Part shown: piece after piece, positions 42,464 through 52,250 of the stretch | Layout: the number at the start of each line of letters is the position of its first letter | Numbering within the stretch: the stretch's first letter is position 1 | NCBI GenBank assembly: GCA_965238005.1 | Contig: OZ250165.1 | Coordinates: forward strand, 1,952,001-2,016,000 | DNA: 64,000 nt | Source of the DNA: Longimicrobiales bacterium | GTDB lineage: Bacteria; Gemmatimonadota; Gemmatimonadetes; Longimicrobiales; Gaopeijiaceae | Direction of reading: 5' to 3' | Made by a program: the position numbers and the translations under genes | Notes under the pieces: generated by a model | What the model saw: only the letters and a program-made list of their open reading frames with translations | Told to the model about the DNA's origin: nothing | Databases searched by the model: none

Positions 42464-43236
42464 GGCTGGTTCCCGGTGGGCATGTCCAACTCGAGACGGG
42501 CTACCGATGACAGGAACCGGAAGGATTGGAGGGCCTTGGAGCCCGAGACGTGATACACCGTGAAGTCGTGGAGAAGCTGGAGATGGGCCTTCGGCTTCGT
42601 GATGGGCCCGTCGGTGGGACCCTGGAGCAGCGCCTCGAGCTGCTCCCGGGCCCCCGAACCGACCAACGGCCCGGCGATCTCCACCGCGCAGCTAGGGCAG
42701 CGCACTCCCCCGGCCCCGAAGTCGAATCGCCCCAGGTCGGTGTCCGTCAGAGGATTGCCGCAGTGGACGCACGGATCCAGTTGGGGTTGATAACCCAGCG
42801 CCGAGACCAGCATCCATCCTTCGTTCAACAGGGCAGCCACGACGTCGTCTCGCTCCACATCCTCGATGCGCTTCAGCCCTACAGTCAGACGCTCGAAGAC
42901 CTCCGGACTCGCCTCCGATCCTGCGTGGATCAGCACCAGCTCCGCCAGAACCGAAGCCGCAGCGAAGCGCACGACGTCCCGTCCGAGGCCCCGCCCGCTC
43001 TCCCGCAGGGCGAACTCCTTGAAGGTTTGGAGGTCCCGCGTCGGTCTCACGTACAGGGTCAGATCGCCTCGGGAGAAGGTCTCGAGGCCGATCCCCCCCT
43101 GGGCACCTCCCCTCCGGACCCCCTTCGCCATGACCCCCACGAGCCCGAGATCCAGAGTGTACAGCCGGAGAATGCGGCTCGTCTCGCTGTAGTTGAACGA
43201 GCGGAGAAGGACGGCGGGCGTGGTCACGACGGACAC
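42460..43236 (-). CDS. recO: DNA repair protein RecO
   Basis: YSETSRIL..GVMAKGVR, CVHCG..CPSC zinc motif. Confidence 0.93.
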   Translation of the reverse strand: MSVVTTPAVLLRSFNYSETSRILRLYTLDLGLVGVMAKGVRRGGAQGGIGLETFSRGDLTLYVRPTRDLQTFKEFALRESGRGLGRDVVRFAAASVLAELVLIHAGSEASPEVFERLTVGLKRIEDVERDDVVAALLNEGWMLVSALGYQPQLDPCVHCGNPLTDTDLGRFDFGAGGVRCPSCAVEIAGPLVGSGAREQLEALLQGPTDGPITKPKAHLQLLHDFTVYHVSGSKALQSFRFLSSVARLELDMPTGNQP

Positions 43237-43237
43237 G

Positions 43238-43423
43238 CTAGTGTTTCGTTGCCGAAGTTCGCGAGCCACCAAGAGGGTCGGGGCGCCGTGGGATCAAGGC
43301 GGCACGACGCTGCGTAGCGCAAGCGGGCACCGCGCGAAGCGTGGTCGTAAGGAGTCCCAACGCCGAGCCCGCGGATGCACCGTGCCCTCGACTGGCCGAG
43401 ACACTTCGGAAACGGGACACTAG
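43238..43423. mobile_element. 186-bp MITE-like palindromic element bounded by CTAG
   Basis: Terminal inverted repeats match at 18/21 (CTAGTGTTTCGTTGCCGAAGT / ACTTCGGAAACGGGACACTAG); related arm at 62055-62086. Confidence 0.7.
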
Positions 43424-43426
43424 ACC

Positions 43427-44524
43427 TCAGCTCCGGGCCCGAAGCCGGGCCATGAGCGCCGTCCGCTCCTCCGACATCCCCCGGCGCACTTCGGGGTCGG
43501 TCGCGGCGTCCAACGACTCGTCGAGGCGCGCCACCTGGAGGATCAACCCTTCCCGTCCGACGCCGGCCGCCGGCGCGGCCCCAGGAGCGGTTGCGGCTCC
43601 AGAAGCCGAGGCGGCCGAAGAAGCCGTGACCTGCCCCCGCGGCCGCAGATAGGCGAGTAAGCCGGCCCCGCCCAGCAGAGCCGCCAGGATGGCGGCGAAG
43701 ATCCCCATGGAGGGCAGCCGTCTCCCCGACGACTCTTCCAGGGAGATCACCGCGTCACGGAGGCTGGTTCCGGAGTATCGTCGGTACGAGCTCTCGCCGT
43801 CCAACGAGACGACGTCGAGGGGCCGCAGGCCTGCCACGTCGAGCGAGGGGGCCGGCTCCTTCACCAGGAGCTCCAGCGTCTCGGTCGCCCCCGGGGCGGG
43901 AAACTCTGCCTCGATCTCGGGGAGCTCGTAGCGAATGAGGAGCATGCGCTCTCCCGGCGGCAGCGGAGCCCGCACCGAGACCCGGCCGCCCTCGAACGTC
44001 ACCGCGTCCGGCGGGAGGTCTCCCTGACCGAGCTGTGCCGAAGTAGCGCCGGGCGGGAGGGGATAGCTCCAGACCACGCCGCCCTCGACCGCCACCAGGG
44101 TGCGCTCGCCCCCGTTCAGGATCTGGAAGAGGTCCGTGGCCCGCCATCCCTCGCCCCATCGCTCTAGAAAGAGGTTACGGACGCTCAACGGGAGAGGAAG
44201 ACCCTCAGGCGGCGCCTCCTTGGAGCCGAAGACGTTGATCACGTAGAGGCTGTCGAGCTGCTCGGGATCGGAGACGGCCGACCCGAAGTAGAGGACGCCT
44301 TCGTAGCGGACCGACGCGAACAGGATCTCCGCCTGCGTGCTAGCGCTGGGCGGCTGGGGGATCACGAACTCGAAGCCCCCGTCTTGCGCGATGCTCACCG
44401 AGTCGACCTCCCCCGCGACCTCGGGTGACACACGATGCAGCACCACCATCCCCGAACCGACTCCGGCGCCCCCCAACATCACCCTGCCCTGGAGTCGCAG
44501 ATCGTCCTGTTGTCCCATCGCCAC
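43427..44524 (-). CDS. Hypothetical membrane-anchored protein (start may extend to ~44629)
   Basis: Long ORF in the operon with a C-terminal TM helix and coiled tail. Confidence 0.75.
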   Translation of the reverse strand: MAMGQQDDLRLQGRVMLGGAGVGSGMVVLHRVSPEVAGEVDSVSIAQDGGFEFVIPQPPSASTQAEILFASVRYEGVLYFGSAVSDPEQLDSLYVINVFGSKEAPPEGLPLPLSVRNLFLERWGEGWRATDLFQILNGGERTLVAVEGGVVWSYPLPPGATSAQLGQGDLPPDAVTFEGGRVSVRAPLPPGERMLLIRYELPEIEAEFPAPGATETLELLVKEPAPSLDVAGLRPLDVVSLDGESSYRRYSGTSLRDAVISLEESSGRRLPSMGIFAAILAALLGGAGLLAYLRPRGQVTASSAASASGAATAPGAAPAAGVGREGLILQVARLDESLDAATDPEVRRGMSEERTALMARLRARS

Positions 44525-44625
44525 GGACGCTCCCAGGGAGAGCCCGGAACAGGTGATCGTCAGGACGAGATGGAGAGTGCGAATGGGAGACGAACTCTGG
44601 ATGTTGCCTCGGGAACTGCGGATCG

Positions 44626-45159
44626 TCAGGGGGTGAAGCGGCCAAAGTCCTCCGGGGCCAGCTTGCGCAGGTACTCCTTGAGCTCCTCTGCCGCCAACTC
44701 CCGGTCCGGCTCCAGCCCGGGATCTGTCGCATCGAGCTCTATGACCGAATGATCCTCGGAGACCTCGATGGACGTCCGCTCGAGGAGCTCTTCGTGTGCG
44801 AAGATCTGGGCCTCCATACGGAGGGCCACTGCGATGGAGTCGGACGGGCGCGCATCGATGGAGATGACCTCGCCGTTCCGTCGGATGATCATCTCGGCGA
44901 AGTACGTGTTCTCCTCGACACGACTGATGATGACCTTCTGGAGGGCGCCGCCCAGGCCACCGAGCACGGACACAAGGAGGTCGTGGGTCAGCGGACGGGA
45001 GAACTTCATCTGGGCGAGCTCCATGGCGATGGCGCTCGCCTCACCCGGCCCGATCCAGATCGGGAGCACCCGCTCGCCGTCGCTCTCCTGAAGGATCACG
45101 ACCGGTGCGCTGGACGCACGGTCCAACCCGAGACTCTGTACGCAGACCTGAACCAGCAC
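44626..45159 (-). CDS. Bifunctional nuclease (DUF151) family protein
   Basis: LPIWIGPGEA, RPLTHDL, DARPSDSIA. Confidence 0.93.
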   Translation of the reverse strand: MLVQVCVQSLGLDRASSAPVVILQESDGERVLPIWIGPGEASAIAMELAQMKFSRPLTHDLLVSVLGGLGGALQKVIISRVEENTYFAEMIIRRNGEVISIDARPSDSIAVALRMEAQIFAHEELLERTSIEVSEDHSVIELDATDPGLEPDRELAAEELKEYLRKLAPEDFGRFTP

Positions 45160-45264
45160 TGGCGCTCGCCTTGGTCGAGGACTCGGAAACCCATCCGCTT
45201 GCATGTAGGAATACTCCGAAGCCTCTCAGGGGTTCTCTTCCGGGTCCTCGGCTACATTGCGGGC

Positions 45265-46443
45265 TCAGAGACCGACCGCCGTTCGGATGTCTCCGACCCG
45301 GTCCGACCTCTCCCACGTGAAGAGTTCGACCGTCCGGCCGTCCTCGAGGATCTTGCTCTCCGGAGTGCGGCCGAAGTGCCCGTAGGCCGCCGTCGGAAGG
45401 AAGATGGGATCGCGGAGACCCAGCTGCTCGATGATGGCCTGCGGCCGAAAGTCGAAGACCTCATTGAGGGCCGAGGCCACCTGATCGTCCGGACACTTGC
45501 CCGTACCGAAGGTGTCGACCTGGATTGAGACAGGCTGGGCGACACCGATGGCGTACGCCAGCTGAATCTCACAACGAGACGCGACCCCGGCGTCCACGAG
45601 ATTCCGGGCCGCCCAGCGAGCCGCATACGCCGCAGAGCGGTCGACCTTGGTGGCGTCCTTCCCGCTGAACGCCCCACCGCCGTGCGCTCCCATCCCTCCG
45701 TACGTGTCGACGATGATCTTGCGTCCCGTGAGACCTGCATCGCCGTGGGGACCGCCAATGACGAACTGCCCGGTAGGGTTGATGTGGAAGGTGCACGTAT
45801 CGGGATCCAGGAGGTCGGACGGGATCACCGGCAAGATCACCTCGCGGATGATCCCCTCTCGAATCGTGTCGTTGTCTACGTCGGGCGCATGTTGCGTGCT
45901 CACCACTACCGTCTCGACGGACACCGGACGGCTATCCTCGTAGGCCACGCTCACCTGGCACTTTCCGTCGGGGCGCACCCACGGCAACGTGCCGCAGCGT
46001 CGGACTTCCGCCAGCCGATGGGTCAGGGCATGGGCAAATCGGATTGGCGCCGGCATGCGCTCCGGGGTCTCGTCCGTGGCATACCCGAACATCATCCCCT
46101 GGTCCCCAGCCCCACCCGTGTCCACGCCCATGGCGATGTGCGGAGACTGGCGATCGATGGTGGTGAGGACCGCGCAGTGGCGTCCGTCGATGCCGTAGCT
46201 GGAGTCGTCGTATCCGATGTCGACGATGGTCTGCCGAATCACGTCGGGGAGATCGACGATGGAGGTGGTCGTGATCTCACCGGCGACGATGGCCATGCCG
46301 GTGGTCACGAGAGTTTCACACGCCACCCGCGACATGGGATCGTCACGAAGCATGGTGTCCAGAACGGCGTCTGATATCTGGTCTGCAATCTTGTCCGGAT
46401 GTCCTTCGGTCACTGACTCGGACGTAAAGAGAAAACGGCTCAC
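45265..46443 (-). CDS. metK: S-adenosylmethionine synthetase
   Basis: [28 protein letters not shown]. Confidence 0.98.
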   Translation of the reverse strand: MSRFLFTSESVTEGHPDKIADQISDAVLDTMLRDDPMSRVACETLVTTGMAIVAGEITTTSIVDLPDVIRQTIVDIGYDDSSYGIDGRHCAVLTTIDRQSPHIAMGVDTGGAGDQGMMFGYATDETPERMPAPIRFAHALTHRLAEVRRCGTLPWVRPDGKCQVSVAYEDSRPVSVETVVVSTQHAPDVDNDTIREGIIREVILPVIPSDLLDPDTCTFHINPTGQFVIGGPHGDAGLTGRKIIVDTYGGMGAHGGGAFSGKDATKVDRSAAYAARWAARNLVDAGVASRCEIQLAYAIGVAQPVSIQVDTFGTGKCPDDQVASALNEVFDFRPQAIIEQLGLRDPIFLPTAAYGHFGRTPESKILEDGRTVELFTWERSDRVGDIRTAVGL

Positions 46444-46515
46444 TGGCGCCCCTGAATTTCGTTGTCCACCGGAACGGAGGGATGGCCTGCCTTTGGGCCC
46501 GCCGAAGCTATTCCT

Positions 46516-48291
46516 TCACTCCGGAAGCGACAAGTTCCACCGCCCTGAGAACGCTGCGAGATCGACGGAGCCGCCGATCCCCTCGACGAGACACTCCACC
46601 ACCTCCCGGCTCGTGGGAGCGTTCACCGCCTGCTTCATAGCTTTGCGCGCGTCCTCGATGCGGAAGCTGCGAAGCATCTTCTTGACCTCGGGCAGCGACG
46701 GCCACGCCACGGAGAGCGTGGTGATGTCCAACCCCAGGAGGAGAAAAGCCCCCAGGGGATTGGCGGCCATCTCACCGCACACGCTCACCTCGATCCCCGC
46801 ACTCTTCCCCACCCGGGACACCTGGGCCAGCTGTCTCACGACGGCCGGGTGGAAGGGATTGAAGAGCTTGGCCAACCGTGCGCTGTTCCGGTCCACGGCG
46901 AGCGTGTACTGCGTGAGGTCGTTGGTTCCGATAGAGAAGAAGTCGCTGTGTCTGGCCAGCTCCACGGCCTCCAACGCCGCGGCCGGGGTCTCCACCAGGA
47001 TTCCGAGCTTATAGCCCGAGTTGAACGGGATGCCCTGTCGGCGCAGACGGTCCTCCTCCTCCTCGACCAGACTACGCACCTGACGAATCTCGTCCACGTC
47101 GTTCACGAGAGGAATCATGATCCGGATGTCGCCGTGAGCGGAGGCGCGCAGGATGGCCCGGAGCTGGGTCCGGAAGAGCTCGGGCTCGTCGAGGCAAACT
47201 CGAATGGCTCGCCATCCAAGGAACGGGTTCTCCTCGGCCGGCATGTGCAGGAACATGGGGAACTTGTCCCCACCGAGGTCGAAGGTCCGGACCGTGACCA
47301 CCTGCTTGGGAAACGTCTCCGCGACCCGGCGATATGCCTCGTATTGGTCGTCTTCGTCGGGCATCTGGTCGCGTCCCACCACCAGGAACTCGGTCCGGAA
47401 TAGGCCGACCCCCTGTGCGCCGTGGTCCCTTGCCCGCTCGGCCTCACCGGGCAGATCGAGGTTCGCCCGCAGAGCGACCGGCTGTTCGTCGGCGGTCACC
47501 GACTCGAGCTGGGCGATGACCTCGATCTCCGTCTCCCACGCCTGGATCTGCGCCTGGCGGATCTTGAAGACTTCCCGGTCGTGGGAGTCCGGATCCAGGA
47601 CGACCCGCCCGATGCGCCCGTCCACGATGGCCTCCTGCCCGGCATCGGCCTGACGCGACACGACGCCCAGCCCGCAGACCGTTGGAATTCCCAGCGATCG
47701 GGCGAGCATGACCCAGTGGGCGGTTCGCGTGCCCAGATCGGCGGCGATCCCCAGAACGAGGTCGGGGTCCATCTGGACCGTGAGGCTCGGAGACAGATTC
47801 CGGGCAACGACGATGGCGCCCTCTAGGCCGGACACGTCCGCGGGATCCGATAGGCCCAGGAGCTCGTGCAACAGCCGGACCTGCAAGTCCTGGAGGTCGT
47901 TGATGCGGTCCAGGACCATGGGATGGGCGGTTCGGCTCCACATCGCCTGGAGCTCGAGCATCCGCCAGTCGAGGGCCCTCGCCGCCGAAAGGCGGTTTTC
48001 ACGGATGTACAGCGCCGCCCCCTCGATGAGCGTGTCGTCCTCCAGCATGAGGAGCTGGGGCTCGAAGATCCGCGCCTCCACGCTCCCCAGACGCCCTTCC
48101 GTCGACTCCTCCAGCTCGCGGAGCCTTCCCTTGGCCCACTCGACCACCGCGTGGAGCTTGTCGACCTCACCCTCGACGGCATCGGGCTCCACGGACCGGT
48201 GGGGGACGTCCGGCACCCCCCACGTAAGGATGTGGACACGGCCCGCCCCGATCCCTTCCGAGGCACCTATGCCGTCAAAGACCTTCGACAC
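46516..48291 (-). CDS. ptsI: PEP-protein phosphotransferase (Enzyme I)
   Basis: GTRTAH, GVGLFRTEF, ENPFLGWRAIR, SIGTNDL, CGEMA. Confidence 0.96.
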   Translation of the reverse strand: MSKVFDGIGASEGIGAGRVHILTWGVPDVPHRSVEPDAVEGEVDKLHAVVEWAKGRLRELEESTEGRLGSVEARIFEPQLLMLEDDTLIEGAALYIRENRLSAARALDWRMLELQAMWSRTAHPMVLDRINDLQDLQVRLLHELLGLSDPADVSGLEGAIVVARNLSPSLTVQMDPDLVLGIAADLGTRTAHWVMLARSLGIPTVCGLGVVSRQADAGQEAIVDGRIGRVVLDPDSHDREVFKIRQAQIQAWETEIEVIAQLESVTADEQPVALRANLDLPGEAERARDHGAQGVGLFRTEFLVVGRDQMPDEDDQYEAYRRVAETFPKQVVTVRTFDLGGDKFPMFLHMPAEENPFLGWRAIRVCLDEPELFRTQLRAILRASAHGDIRIMIPLVNDVDEIRQVRSLVEEEEDRLRRQGIPFNSGYKLGILVETPAAALEAVELARHSDFFSIGTNDLTQYTLAVDRNSARLAKLFNPFHPAVVRQLAQVSRVGKSAGIEVSVCGEMAANPLGAFLLLGLDITTLSVAWPSLPEVKKMLRSFRIEDARKAMKQAVNAPTSREVVECLVEGIGGSVDLAAFSGRWNLSLPE

Positions 48292-48571
48292 CGTACATCT
48301 CCTCGAAGCCTCGGGAAATCAAATCAGCCAGGGCCTCCAACGCCTCCTCCGCGTCGTTGCCATCTGCTCGAATCACCAGTTGCGACCCCCTCTCGGCGGC
48401 CAACATGAGAACGCCCATGATGCTCTTGGCGTTTACCTCGAGGCCGTCCTTCTCCAGCCAGATGTCACACCCGAAGGACCCCGCCAGTTGCACGAACTCG
48501 GCAGCCGGACGCGCGTGGAACCCCAGGAGGTTCACGACCTGGACCGTGCGCTCGAGTCGCCGGTCGGTCAT
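48275..48571 (-). CDS. ptsH: HPr phosphocarrier
   Basis: GFHARPA, VNAKSIMGV. Confidence 0.95.
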   Translation of the reverse strand: MTDRRLERTVQVVNLLGFHARPAAEFVQLAGSFGCDIWLEKDGLEVNAKSIMGVLMLAAERGSQLVIRADGNDAEEALEALADLISRGFEEMYGVEGL

Positions 48572-49317
48572 ACGGCCCCCATGGCTGTGACCATTGCGAT
48601 CGCCAGCACCAAGACAAGCATCGCGACTCGGAGCACTCTTCGACCGAACCGGACCCCGATCAGGAAGCCCGCTATGCCCCCGAGTGACCAGAGCCATCCC
48701 GTTCCTGCCATCGCCAACCGGCTCGCCAGCAGACCCCCGACCAGGATCCCCAGGAGCAGGCTACCGGCGCTGAAGATCCGCTCCGCGATCAGGGACAGAC
48801 CGGCCACCCTGAGTCGGGCGGCCACGTCTCGACCCTCCTCGAGTCCAATCTTGAATCCCCACCAGCGGATCGCCAGATGGCCCGCGTTGTAGAGTCCCAG
48901 GAAAAGAAGCACCGGAACCCACGGTGGTGCACCTGCCCAGGCAACCGCCAGGGCGAGCAGCAGCGTTGCCGGGCGCCACGCACCCCAGATCAAGGTATCA
49001 CCCAATCCCCCCAGCGACCCCTGGATGGCCTCCTTGAATCGGTGGATGGTCTGGGGATCCACCTTCTCCGACTCCATGCGCGCCACTGCCCCCAACGCGA
49101 TCCCGGACAGATAGGGGTGGGCGTTGAAGAACTTCAAGTGCCGACGGGTCGCGCCCGCCAGCTCCTCTCCGGTGAGCCCACATCGTCGCAGGAAAGGGAC
49201 GAGGGCGAAGGCGAACCCCGAGCCGATCATGGACCGGTAGTTCCACGAGCCCTGGATCGCGAAGGATCGCACAAAGCTCCCCATCCAGCCGGCCGGCCAC
49301 TTCGCGGTCGTGCTCAC
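48568..49317 (-). CDS. Mannose-family PTS IID
   Basis: QGSWNYRSM..GF, FFNAHPY, LGGLGD. Confidence 0.9.
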   Translation of the reverse strand: MSTTAKWPAGWMGSFVRSFAIQGSWNYRSMIGSGFAFALVPFLRRCGLTGEELAGATRRHLKFFNAHPYLSGIALGAVARMESEKVDPQTIHRFKEAIQGSLGGLGDTLIWGAWRPATLLLALAVAWAGAPPWVPVLLFLGLYNAGHLAIRWWGFKIGLEEGRDVAARLRVAGLSLIAERIFSAGSLLLGILVGGLLASRLAMAGTGWLWSLGGIAGFLIGVRFGRRVLRVAMLVLVLAIAMVTAMGAV

Positions 49318-49970
49318 GCGAGATAGGCCCCAACGATGCCGGCCACCACGCCCACCATGAACATCACGCGCCGGGACCGCCATCCTCCGAAGCCCTTCAG
49401 GAGCGCCCCGAGATGGATGGACGCGCCGACCAGAACGATTCCCACCGTCGGTCCGTACCCGAGAGTCCACCAGGAACCGAGAGCTCCAGCCAGCCAGGTC
49501 CCGGCCAAGGCGGCAATTGCCGTGACCGCAGCTCCACGGAAGAAGTCCAGCGCCATCACGGCCAGGTGTGCCGCATCGAGGTGGCCGGGCGTGGCGGCGC
49601 CGGCCTCGACTCGGCCGATCAACGCGGCACTCACGTGCCGCTGCACACCGATGGTCATCCCTCCAAGGTTCGACGTCACAAGGCCGACGACAGTGCCCAG
49701 GACGATGCCGGGAGCTCCCCCCGCCGACGCGGCGACCGCAACGGCCGCAACGGCCGCCGGGCCCGCTTCGGGCACCTGTGATCCTCCCGCGGGCATGCCG
49801 CCGATGTGGAAGAGCTCGAGAATCGCGCCCATCTCCAGGCCCAGTACGGGATCGCCGAGAAGCCAGCCCGTGAGGGCTCCCCCCACGAGGGGCCGGGATA
49901 CCATGAACTGACCCAGCGAGGTCGCGTCGAGGGCGAGCACACCCCCGAGGGCCGAGAGGAGCACCGTCAC
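49314..49970 (-). CDS. Mannose-family PTS IIC
   Basis: QFMVSRPLV, GLEMGAILEL. Confidence 0.88.
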   Translation of the reverse strand: MTVLLSALGGVLALDATSLGQFMVSRPLVGGALTGWLLGDPVLGLEMGAILELFHIGGMPAGGSQVPEAGPAAVAAVAVAASAGGAPGIVLGTVVGLVTSNLGGMTIGVQRHVSAALIGRVEAGAATPGHLDAAHLAVMALDFFRGAAVTAIAALAGTWLAGALGSWWTLGYGPTVGIVLVGASIHLGALLKGFGGWRSRRVMFMVGVVAGIVGAYLA

Positions 49971-49974
49971 GACG

Positions 49975-50454
49975 TCAACCCAGCAAAGACGTCAAGTCGA
50001 CGGCCCGGCTGCTCGGCAGGTCGCGAGCGGACACCACAGCCCCCGCGTCTTCCAAGGCCTTCAGGTCCGCCTCGTCCTCGGAGCCGAGAAAGACGTAGGG
50101 CAACCGCTCGGTGCGGCCCGGCGCATGATGGACCCCTCCCACGTTCACTTCCCGTCCTCGGAGGGCTCCTCCAGCCGCCAGGCCCGTCATCGCCGAGACC
50201 GAGCGGGTCAAGACGACAGCATGCCGGGGGTCGGACTCGAGGTCCTCGAGACGAGCTGCGGCCTCGGCCACGGAGAGGAACTCGGCGGTGGCCGTTTCCG
50301 GGAGGCCCAGGCGATACAGATCCTGCTCCCACTCACTGGTGGCCAGCTCGTCGTCGACCACCATGTAGTGCTCCGGCCGCAGCTCGGGCCCCCACCCCAT
50401 GACCACCTGGCCATGGATGAGACGCTCGTCGATACGGTAGAGCACGACGGGCAT
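49975..50454 (-). CDS. Mannose-family PTS IIB
   Basis: RIDERLIHGQV. Confidence 0.93.
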   Translation of the reverse strand: MPVVLYRIDERLIHGQVVMGWGPELRPEHYMVVDDELATSEWEQDLYRLGLPETATAEFLSVAEAAARLEDLESDPRHAVVLTRSVSAMTGLAAGGALRGREVNVGGVHHAPGRTERLPYVFLGSEDEADLKALEDAGAVVSARDLPSSRAVDLTSLLG

Positions 50455-50455
50455 G

Positions 50456-50851
50456 CTACTGGTGTGCCGGGACGCTCTTTACGCTGTCCCTGCCCTTCTC
50501 GAGGAGGCGGGGGACCAACTCGTCCAGGGGGAGATTTCGATGGAACACGAAGTCGAGGAGCATGGGCAGGTTCATCCCGAAGACGACGGCCCGGCGGTCG
50601 TTGTCCCGGCAGGTGAGCTGAGCCGTCAGCGCGCAGCTCCCGGTGCACAGGTCGGTGAACACGACGGCCGGAACGTCGCCCACCAGCTCGTCGACCTGCT
50701 CCGCCAGGCCCTGAGGATCACATCCTTCGTTGCTGAGCGCCACCAGAGCGCCCTCTTGCAGACCGGCGATCTTGCTCACCGCGTCCACAATGCCATCAGC
50801 CATTTTGCCGTGGCTGAGCAGCACACCTCGGACCTGGGGATCCTCACTCAT
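50456..50851 (-). CDS. Mannose-family PTS IIA
   Basis: LLSHG, FTDL..GS, GMNLPMLL. Confidence 0.9.
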   Translation of the reverse strand: MSEDPQVRGVLLSHGKMADGIVDAVSKIAGLQEGALVALSNEGCDPQGLAEQVDELVGDVPAVVFTDLCTGSCALTAQLTCRDNDRRAVVFGMNLPMLLDFVFHRNLPLDELVPRLLEKGRDSVKSVPAHQ

Positions 50852-51836
50852 AATCCTGCTCGAGGTACTCCCGGACGGGACGCATGGCGTCCTGGAGCCG
50901 GTTGTTGAAGGCGGCAGCGGAATCCACTCCCAAGTACTTGAGGAGGTGGTTCATCGCCACCACTTCCGAGATGACCGTGATGTTCTTCCCCGGATTCAGG
51001 GGAATCGTGACCTTGGGCACGCGAACCCCCAGGATCTCCATCTCCTCCGCGTCCAGCCCGGTGCGGCTGTACACGGTCTGCTCGTCCCACGTCTCGAGTT
51101 GGACCACGACCTCGATCCGCTTTTGCTGGCGTGTCGCCCGAATGCCGAACAGGCTCTTGATGTCGATAATGCCGAGCCCGCGGATCTCCATATGGTGGCC
51201 CTGGAGCTCGTGGCCCTCGCCGAGGAGCACGTCGGGTCCCCGCCTCGACACGATGATGAGATCGTCGGCCACCAGCCGGTGCCCGCGCTCCACCAGGTCG
51301 AGCACGCACTCGCTCTTGCCCACGCCGCTGCTGCCGACGAAGAGGAGTCCCACGCCGTACACGTCCGCCAACGAGCCGTGGAGATGAGTGCGCGGGGCGA
51401 GGACGGCGTCGAGGTACGGCTTGATCCGCCAGTAGAACTCCTTGGTGCTCAGGCTCGAGCGGAGAACCGGAATCCCGTGCTCCGTCGCCACGTCGAGGAA
51501 TCCCTCCGAGACCGTGAGCCCCTTGGTCACGAATGCGGCCGGAATGTCAAACCGGAAGACGCGCCCGACCCGCTCGCGCACCTCGTCATCGGCCAGGGAC
51601 TCGAGGTAGGAGATCTCGGTTTCGCCAAAGACCTGCATGCGGCCCTCGGCGAAACGCCGGGTAAACCCGGACAGGGCGATCCCCGGACTCGAGACGTCCG
51701 AGTCCGTGACCTCACGGTCGAGGGAGACGCCGGGGGTCAGCACCTCCAGATGAAGGGATTCCCCCCTATCCTCGAGGAGCCTCTCAACCGTAAGGCTGAC
51801 TTTCGCCTCCGAGAGGTCGACTGAATCCTTGGTCAA
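50844..51836 (-). CDS. hprK: HPr kinase/phosphorylase
   Basis: GSSGVGKSE, GHRLVADD, MEIRGLGII. Confidence 0.96.
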   Translation of the reverse strand: MTKDSVDLSEAKVSLTVERLLEDRGESLHLEVLTPGVSLDREVTDSDVSSPGIALSGFTRRFAEGRMQVFGETEISYLESLADDEVRERVGRVFRFDIPAAFVTKGLTVSEGFLDVATEHGIPVLRSSLSTKEFYWRIKPYLDAVLAPRTHLHGSLADVYGVGLLFVGSSGVGKSECVLDLVERGHRLVADDLIIVSRRGPDVLLGEGHELQGHHMEIRGLGIIDIKSLFGIRATRQQKRIEVVVQLETWDEQTVYSRTGLDAEEMEILGVRVPKVTIPLNPGKNITVISEVVAMNHLLKYLGVDSAAAFNNRLQDAMRPVREYLEQDYE

Positions 51837-51843
51837 ATCCAGC

Positions 51844-52170
51844 CTACTCCTCGACGAGAGAGTCTGAGAGCTTCGGAGCCTGGTGATTCGTGTTCTGCTG
51901 ATGACGCCGTCGGAGCTGACGGGTCAGGCGCTCCATCATCTGATGGAGAGCCGAACGAAAATCGCGCGCCTCGCCCGACGCGACCACTGGGTCACCTCGA
52001 TCGACGTGGATGATGCCCTCGACCATTTTCGAGCGCTTTCCTTCATCGAACACGACCTCGGCTGCAGAGACCCGAGATTCATATTTGGTGAGCTTCATCA
52101 AGACTTCTTCTGTGCGCTCGCGCAGCGCATCCGGAAGGTCGGTGTGACGTGACGTGATTCGAATCTCCAT
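51844..52170 (-). CDS. raiA: Ribosome hibernation factor (RaiA/HPF)
   Basis: MEIRITSRH..ALRE..KLTKY..LTRQLRR. Confidence 0.88.
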   Translation of the reverse strand: MEIRITSRHTDLPDALRERTEEVLMKLTKYESRVSAAEVVFDEGKRSKMVEGIIHVDRGDPVVASGEARDFRSALHQMMERLTRQLRRRHQQNTNHQAPKLSDSLVEE

Positions 52171-52250
52171 GCCACCTCCCTAAGGTGCATCGTCCTGCGG
52201 GTCGAAGCGACCGCAGGGCATTCGGCCGACCGGATAAGGTACCCAGGGCC

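Noticed and set aside
46444..46515. SAM riboswitch upstream of metK (likewise FMN for rib and TPP for tenA)
   Set aside because: No recognisable conserved cores in the short intergenic sequences.
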